Made by a program: the position numbers and the translations under genes. Below, piece by piece: positions 57,058-64,000 of a stretch of 64,000 bases of DNA (positions are counted from its first letter, which is position 1; every line of letters starts with the position of its first letter). Source of the stretch: Eledone cirrhosa (Eukaryota); the NCBI GenBank assembly GCA_964016885.1, contig OZ024743.1:14260001-14324000 (forward strand), in the 5' to 3' direction. Below the pieces are notes generated by a model. The model worked only from the letters and a program-made list of their open reading frames with translations. It had not been told where the DNA came from and searched no databases.

Positions 57058-57104
57058 ATATTTATATATATATTTATATATATATATATATTTATATATA
57101 TATT

Positions 57105-57189
<85 letters not shown>

Positions 57190-57292
57190 ATTTATATATA
57201 TATATTTATACATATATTTATATATATATATTTATATATATATTTATATATATATTTATATATATATATTTATATTTATATTTATAAATATA

Positions 57293-57334
<42 letters not shown>

Positions 57335-57335
57335 T

Positions 57336-60300
57336 AAAAGATGAATATAAAATGAAAGTGCTTTTTTTTTAAAAGGAATTTATTAGGTATTGACATATGT
57401 CTCTGTAACAGACGGAATACCTATGTATCGCTACTTGCGTGATCATATAATGTTAGCAAGTATTCGATAGCAAATGTATAATCAGTTGTCAATTCTTCAG
57501 AGATATTGGATAAATTGGAAAAAATCAGAAAAATTGAAGTATTTATATTAGTTATAATAAAGGAAGAAGAGAGAGGATAGTATATGACAGATGGCAATTC
57601 AATTTACTGGTAAACAAGTATATAAAAGGTTTCTAATGAGAATATAATGAGTATATGGTTTATTTTATGTAAATAAGAATTTTTAGGAGTGCCTATTTTA
57701 ATCTATACTTGACCAATTGAACAATGGACAGGGCTGTATTAATTATGAAGTGTCAATTAAGGAAGAGGGAGATTTTCACTGCTACTGAATAACAATAATG
57801 CTGGTAGCCTGCTGGTATATGCATTAGGGAATTAAATTAAGAAATCTCATTTTATCTATAGCAGTTTATATTAAATGGTAAAGAATAGAAGAGTTGATAG
57901 AATTAAGACTAATAGAGAATGTTAATATGTATTTTGACAATCAAACGGAGATGGAGACAGGCGTTCAATCCTGGTAGTGTTTGTAATATAAAAATGTAGA
58001 TTTTAAGCGATGGTGACAGTCTAACGATCGCTCTATTCTGTTATTTAATATAATATTTTTGGATTTCATAATACAAAATAATTCCATATAACACAATTTA
58101 CAAAATTCTTGTCCGTGGGATATGGAGGGTCATGCTATTATATCCCATTTTAGGTTAAATTGTTGGTTATTTTCGCGAAGCTGCCAAGCCTTGTCTGCGA
58201 GTGTTGTTACATAACGCTGGTTTTCATGTTTTATCGAGTAACGATGTCTATAAAGCGAGATTTGAAGCAGGTCGCTGTAGACCCCACATAGTACCACTTC
58301 TGGCTATACGATTCGATAGTACATTTGTATATGATGTTGCGTTCAAGACACTGATTGTTCAACGGACACATTCCTGGTTGGACACAGTTACAGTTATAAT
58401 GTTGCGTTGTTGTATTGGCATGGATGGGTTGATGATGTTGCTTAGGCAGGACGGGATGTTTTTTGTTGTTTTGTGATGTTATAGCTGATGTTTTACGTGT
58501 ATTGTTATGTGTTGGAAGGCTTTTATACAACCGTTTTGCGTTAAGCTTTTTTATATGTTGTTCAATATTTGGGGCGGTTGAATATGAAAGTCGAATAGTG
58601 TTAGGGTTTAAGATTTTATTATATATATATGTGATGTTGGAAAGTGTATTTTAACTAATCGAAAGAATTGTGAGGGTAGATTGGTTTTAATAGAGTTGTT
58701 ATAGTCCGGGTTGTACCATATATACTCTTTACATCGTCTTCTGTTTGTTGGTGTGCGACTATTAGTGTCTATTGCGGTAGTGTATATATGGTGGTGATTC
58801 TATGCTATTTCCACCTCTATGAGATTTATGTTGGGTGTTTTGGTGATCGTCGACTATATACTCTATATTATCTAGGTGTCCAGCCTTCCTAAGTGCATCA
58901 TCATAATATTCGGCATGTTCTTTGAAGGTTTGCTGGTTGGACGACAGGCGGGAGATTCTAAGGGAAATATTTCTAGGGATGGATTTAATAATAGAGGGTG
59001 GATGGTTAGAACTCGTATTTACATATTTAAGGTTCTCATTTAGTTTATAGAACGGTTTAATCGTTTCTGTATTGAGATTCAAAGTAACATCAAGGAAATT
59101 AACCTCTTTGAGGTTATATTCAAATGTAATATTTAATCCTAGTTCCTTAAAAAGCTTTCTGATATTTGTACGAATCCTTTCTAAATTCTGGTTATTCATA
59201 TGCTTAACTAATAGGAGCGCATCGTCACGGTAGATTCCACCGTGGAGATCCTTGAATTTTCCTTGTAGTCTGTGGGTGATATAAATTCCCACAAGATCAG
59301 TTACTTCCGCCGAATCATTGGAACCCATAGTAATATTAAAATTAGAAGGTCTATCTTTGCGAACCCAGTAGCTATCATCAAATTTAACAATAGTTTTCCT
59401 CGCTTCCATAATAATATTATTTTCAGCATCCGTAAGATCGGAATTAGCCTTAGCGAACGAAAGAGCTTCATGTAGAGTATCAGGTGAAATTGACGAATAA
59501 TATTCATCAATATCGAACTGAATAAATTTTGACTTTTTCTTATCAGTAATGTTATTAAACCATCTTATTGCCTCATGGGTGTTACCCCATAGTTTAATAT
59601 CTACTTTAGACTTAACTTGGGGGATAATTCTGTCTAGTATATATTTGCTAATTTTGCCTATATCAGATTTAGAGGGGCATATAAGTCTAATTTTAGGGTC
59701 AGTATCGAAGTTTACCTTGTGGTCCTTCAGGTTGAAGGATGGTGTAGCTGGTTGTAAGGGTTGCGTTCTATCGTCAATACAAAGTTTTTTAACAATTTCA
59801 CATCCCGAGTTGTTGATGTTTTTAAGTGTAGCTTCATTAGTTTTCTTGTATTTTTCATGCAATTCCTTACGGATGAAGTTATTGTAAGTGTCCACATCCA
59901 TGGTATATACGTTTGATGTTTTGTCTGCTCTAACAATAATTCCATTGGCGTTTTTTAGATTATTGAGCAGTGCCGTGATGTCATTCTGTAGTTTATTGTT
60001 TTTCTGTTTTGTAAATTTGATCTCCATGATCATATCCATTAGGTCTTGTTCAAATGCATCCAAAAGTGGGTTTGAGGGTGGGTTTTTGTAAGATTTAAAT
60101 CCAAATTTATCCTTGTTAAGATCCGATGTTTGGTTTATACGGCTTTTGTCAAAATGGAATGTTTTCATCTGATTCGTCGAATAAAATCATTGGTCCTTCG
60201 TATCATACCTAGAATATATTCCTTTTTTGCCTGAATGGGTATTTTTTTTAACGACATATCCAATTGGTGCCTTTCCATTTTAGAGGCGTATGCTGAATTA

Positions 60301-61221
60301 GTTGCTCAATTGTATAGGAGATTATTAAAATTTCAGGTTATCAATAATGTAGTGATAATATATCGTCACGTTAGAGATGAACAGCGTACGTGTAGGTTTG
60401 CTCAACGAGTATAAATTATATTCCGGAGAAAATGTAGAAAAGATGAATATAAAATGAAAGTGCTTTTTATTAAAAAGGAATTTATTAGGTATTGACATAT
60501 GTTTCTGTAACAGACGGAATACCTATCTATCGCTGCTTGCGTAATCATATAATGTTAGCAAGTATTCGATAGCAAATGTATAATCAGTTGTCACTTCTTC
60601 AGAGATATTGGATAAATTGGATAAAATCAGAAAAATTGAAGTATTTATATTAGTTGTAATAAAGGAAGAAGAGAGAGGATAGTATATGACAGATGGCAAG
60701 TCAATTTACTGGTAAACAACTATATAAAGGGTTTCTAATGAGAATACAATGAGTATATGGTTTATTATATCTAAATAAGAATTTTCGGGAGTGCCTATTT
60801 TAATCTATACTTGACCAATTGAACAATGGACAGGGCTGGTCGTTTGGTGTAGTAGTATTAATTATAAAGTGTCAATTAAGGAAGAGGGAGATTTTCACTG
60901 CTACTGAATAACAACAATGCTGGTAGCCTGCTGGTATATGCATTAGGGAATTGAATTAAGAAATCTCATTTTATCTATAGCAGTTTATATTAAATGGTAA
61001 AGAATAGAAGTGTTGATAGAATTAAGACTAATAGAGAATGTTAATATGTATTTTGACAATCAAACGGAGATGGAGACATGCGTTCAATCCTGCTAGTGTT
61101 TGTAATATAAAAATGTAGATTTTAAGCGATGGTTACAGTATAACGATCACTCTATTTTGTTATTTGAACGCCTGTCTCCATCTCCGTTTGATTGTCAAAA
61201 TACATATTAACATTCTCTATT
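57336..61221 (-). mobile_element. Full-length Naiad-like PLE with direct pseudo-LTRs
   Basis: Direct repeats of about 720 bp at 57336-58046 and 60438-61165 include the ORF 3' end (partial-tandem structure). 61164-61221 is a short 5' inversion. Confidence 0.95.
57965..60278 (-). pseudogene. Naiad-like RT plus GIY-YIG ORF with several frameshifts
   Basis: Motifs MSLKKIPI, FGFKS, ADKT, LKDHK, FDIDEYYSSI, MGS.D.AE, GIYRDD, VNFLDV, SNHPP, CNCx5CP, IIY..YVG and CKLC. Frameshifts near 60168, 58790, 58625 and 58252. Confidence 0.93.
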
Positions 61222-63311
61222 CGTCTTCACTATCCATTTCACAAACTAAATGAGAACTTGAATTATGCCAATTTTAACTCTAATCACCCCAGATCTGTTA
61301 AAAATACTATAGTGAACTCTGTTCAAGAACGAATTTCAAGAATTTCATCTAATAAAAATATTTTTGATGAAAAAGCGCAGTATTACAATGAAGCGTTAGC
61401 TAGAGCAGGATATAGTGATAAAATTAAGTACATCGATAATAATAAGCAAACTAACCAAAATAATAACAATTTTAATTACGGTAACAACATTAACAACTAT
61501 AATAGAAAACATTACAATAATTCCAAAAGCCGAAAAAGAAATAGAACTAAAAATATAATATGGTTTGCCCCCCCTTTTCACTAAATATTAAAACCCATAT
61601 TGCTAAACTAATCTTTAATGCTCTTGACAAACGCTTCCCTAGAACACATAAATATCACTCAATTTTTAATAGACATACTATAAAATTAACTTACTCGTCC
61701 ACCAAAAATTTAGCACAAAATATTAACAGAATTAATAATAGGAATTTAAAACCTAACCAAAATACCAATAACAACCCAAACAATATTCAATTAAATAACT
61801 GTAACTGTAGAAATAAATCTAGCTGTCCGTTAAATAACAATTGCTTAGTTAAAAATGTAGTATACAATTGTAATGTTAAAACTAACTTAAATTCTCTCAA
61901 CTATGTTGGTTCCACCTCGACAGAATTTAAACTTCGCTTCAATAATCATACAAATTCTTTCACAGATCCAAACAAAAAATCGTCAACTTCGCTATCAAGC
62001 CTACTCTGGCAACTTAAACGAGATAATGTTGAGTATTCGATGTTTTGGAATATTGTCTCAAAGGGAATTCCCTTTAATTCATCATCAGAGATATGTGATC
62101 TCTGTGTGGAGGAGGTATTCTTTATATTCAAGTCCAAAAATTCCCTTAATTTAAGGAGCAATTTATTCAGTTGCTGCAGACATAGATTGAACTCAACGTT
62201 TAAATATAAATATAAATTTAAAATGTAGTATAATTAATTAAGAAATTTAGTTAATATATGAAACCTGACGATAAATCATTTGATTCCTTCACCTTTTTCT
62301 TTTTAAACCTCCTTCCTAAACATAAACAAAGATGTAATAAACTACTCTAAAGTGTATATGCTCCCAATGTATTAAATTAATTTTACGCAAGATAAATTGC
62401 TATACTAAATATAAGGGCATGCGTAGAATCACTGGGTCTTCTAAATCTTTTAAATCATTTTTGTTAAATAATTTTTGGTTTTTATTTGTTATTTGACTCT
62501 GATAGCTTATAACTAACTTTGCAATATATTGTTTGAAATATGGGAAGGGTACATTTATGTAGTAAATATATGAAGCATATTGTTATTGGCCTGAGATACT
62601 CTATAATGTGTTGAAAGTATTTTAATGTTTTGATGTTTCTGTGCTGATATATTGATATTTGATTATCTCTATACAGGGGCCATATGTGTATTAACATGCA
62701 CATAGAAGGTTGATAGAGTTTATTTTATGTGTTCATGTGTCTGTATATGTGCGTATAAATGCTGGAAAACTCACGCAGTTTTTATATATACATATATATA
62801 TATATATATATAGGTATGGTTTTGTATATGCTACAGATATGCATAATATTAAATACATAAACGGTAATCATATATGTGAGAACATGAATATTAATCGTAT
62901 ATTTATGTATATATACAGTGAAATTTTTATAACACAAGACATTTTTTGTATGACACAGGAAATTATAAAGTTAATCAGGTGAAGTCATGTGTATGTCTAT
63001 ATCATTGACTAGAGTTAGACATAATTTTCTCTTTTTTCTTTTTTCAGAAAGTACATATACGTGTATATATATATACATATATATTTCCGTATTTTATAAA
63101 TAGGGTCATTTTTTGAAGGTTTTATCTCAGATTTTGGTATATTGACCTCAGAGTTTTAAACTAAAGATATGGTCATTATTGAACAATGTTATTTTCTCAT
63201 ATTATATATCTATGTCTCATTCATGAATATTGATATTTGCATTCTTATTATCCATTTCATATGAATTGATAATTCAAATTGATATGACATGACGTAAAGA
63301 TGTAACTGTAA

Positions 63312-63780
63312 CCTTCTCTCTATATATATAGCACTTTCTCCTTTCTCTTGAGTTTGTCTTTGTGTATGATGAATTATTATGTATCTATCGCTTTCGTTTG
63401 CCTCTCCTATTTCTCTCTTGTTTCTCTTTCACTTCCTCCTATATATTTATATTTTCTCTCTCTCTTCCTTTCCTCCCCCCTCTCTCTCTCCGTTTTTTCT
63501 TTCCTTCCGTCTTTTTTCTAACTGTGCTTAACACTATAACTAAATAATTATTATCCTTCTCTCTATATATAGTACTCCCTCTCTCTTGAGTTTTTCTATA
63601 TGTATGGTGAATTATTATTTATCTGTTGCTTTCGTTTGCCTCTCTTATTTCTTCCTTGTTCCTTTTCACCTCCTCCTTTCTTTCTCTCCACTCTAGTTCT
63701 CTGTTTTTTCTTTACCTCCGTTTCTTCTTTCTCTCCGTCTTTTTTCTAACTGTGCTTAACACTATAACTAAATTATTATA
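63312..63780. repeat. Pyrimidine-rich tandem duplication, two ~240-bp units
   Basis: CCTTCTCTCTATATATA...CTAACTGTGCTTAACACTATAACTAAAT occurs twice. Confidence 0.88.
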
Positions 63781-63869
63781 AACAATTCACTACCCAGACA
63801 GCTTACTAATTTAATGGTCGCTTATAATATGGTACGTCAAAATTATTTATAAAACTGTTTATATATTGT

Positions 63870-63933
63870 ATTTTATCTGACGAAGGCATGCCATATTTTT
63901 AATATGGTATCCCTGAAATATGTATAATGAAAT
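63870..63933 (+). ncRNA. Type I hammerhead ribozyme
   Basis: ATTTTAT CTGACGA AGGc ATGCCATATT ttt AATATGGTAT cCCT GAAA TATGTA TA ATGAAAT, then AATAAA. Confidence 0.88.
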
Positions 63934-64000
63934 AAATATGGTTTTATAAATATAGTTTCCATTTGTTTAATATTGTATATATACTCCAAAAACTTGTCGA

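Larger units (their letters stand above)
61222..63978 (+). mobile_element. 5'-truncated second Naiad-like PLE with long 3' region
   Basis: SNHPRS..RISRISSN, IIWFAPPF (frameshift near 61580), CNCRNKSSCP, VVY..YVG, CDLC, CRHR, stop at 62228. HHR at 63870-63933. Continuity across 62230-63800 is assumed. Confidence 0.85.

Noticed and set aside
58128-58134. In-frame TGA in the Naiad-like endonuclease region as possible selenocysteine (some Naiads encode Sec)
   Set aside because: It aligns with Arg/Lys in WDIVAR and WNIVSK of the other copies, so it is likely CGA>TGA decay. The conserved Cys positions use normal Cys codons, and no SECIS was identified.
60165-60170. TGA after FIRRIR as a recoding site
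   Set aside because: Best explained by a 1-nt deletion in TGG of the conserved RW-K motif, since the downstream protein continues in another frame.

Overview
AT-rich animal genomic DNA, probably cephalopod/octopus-like (inferred from the SINE types and dense (TA)n/(CA)n/(GA)n microsatellites). No intact host protein-coding gene is recognisable, and most ORFs in the supplied track are microsatellite artefacts. The window is dominated by Penelope-like retroelements (PLEs; RT plus GIY-YIG) of at least three protein types. Neptune-like copies lie at 18.6-21.1 kb and 40.0-44.8 kb. A second type, possibly Nematis-like, lies at 22.4-27.4 kb and 46.9-48.1 kb. Naiad-like copies lie at 10.6-12.2, 57.3-61.2 and 61.2-64.0 kb. 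All recognisable RT/EN frames are disabled or truncated, and nearly all copies abut (TA)n tracts. Reading by eye finds roughly 25 type I hammerhead ribozyme (HHR) motifs from about 10 sequence families. These include canonical minimal forms, U3:A8 core variants and forms with 50-115 nt structured stem II insertions. Several sit in short non-coding, foldback, retrozyme-like units, and one has an inversion junction at the predicted cleavage site. The near-complete Neptune-like copy has a 431-codon ORF1 joined to the RT frame by an in-phase U UUU UUA heptamer, a candidate -1 frameshift site. Also present are tRNA-derived SINEs with TSDs, a decayed RTE LINE, a non-autonomous Helitron, a mariner-type MITE and a few weak candidate minus-strand exons. 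All structures were derived manually; no folding, alignment or database search was run.
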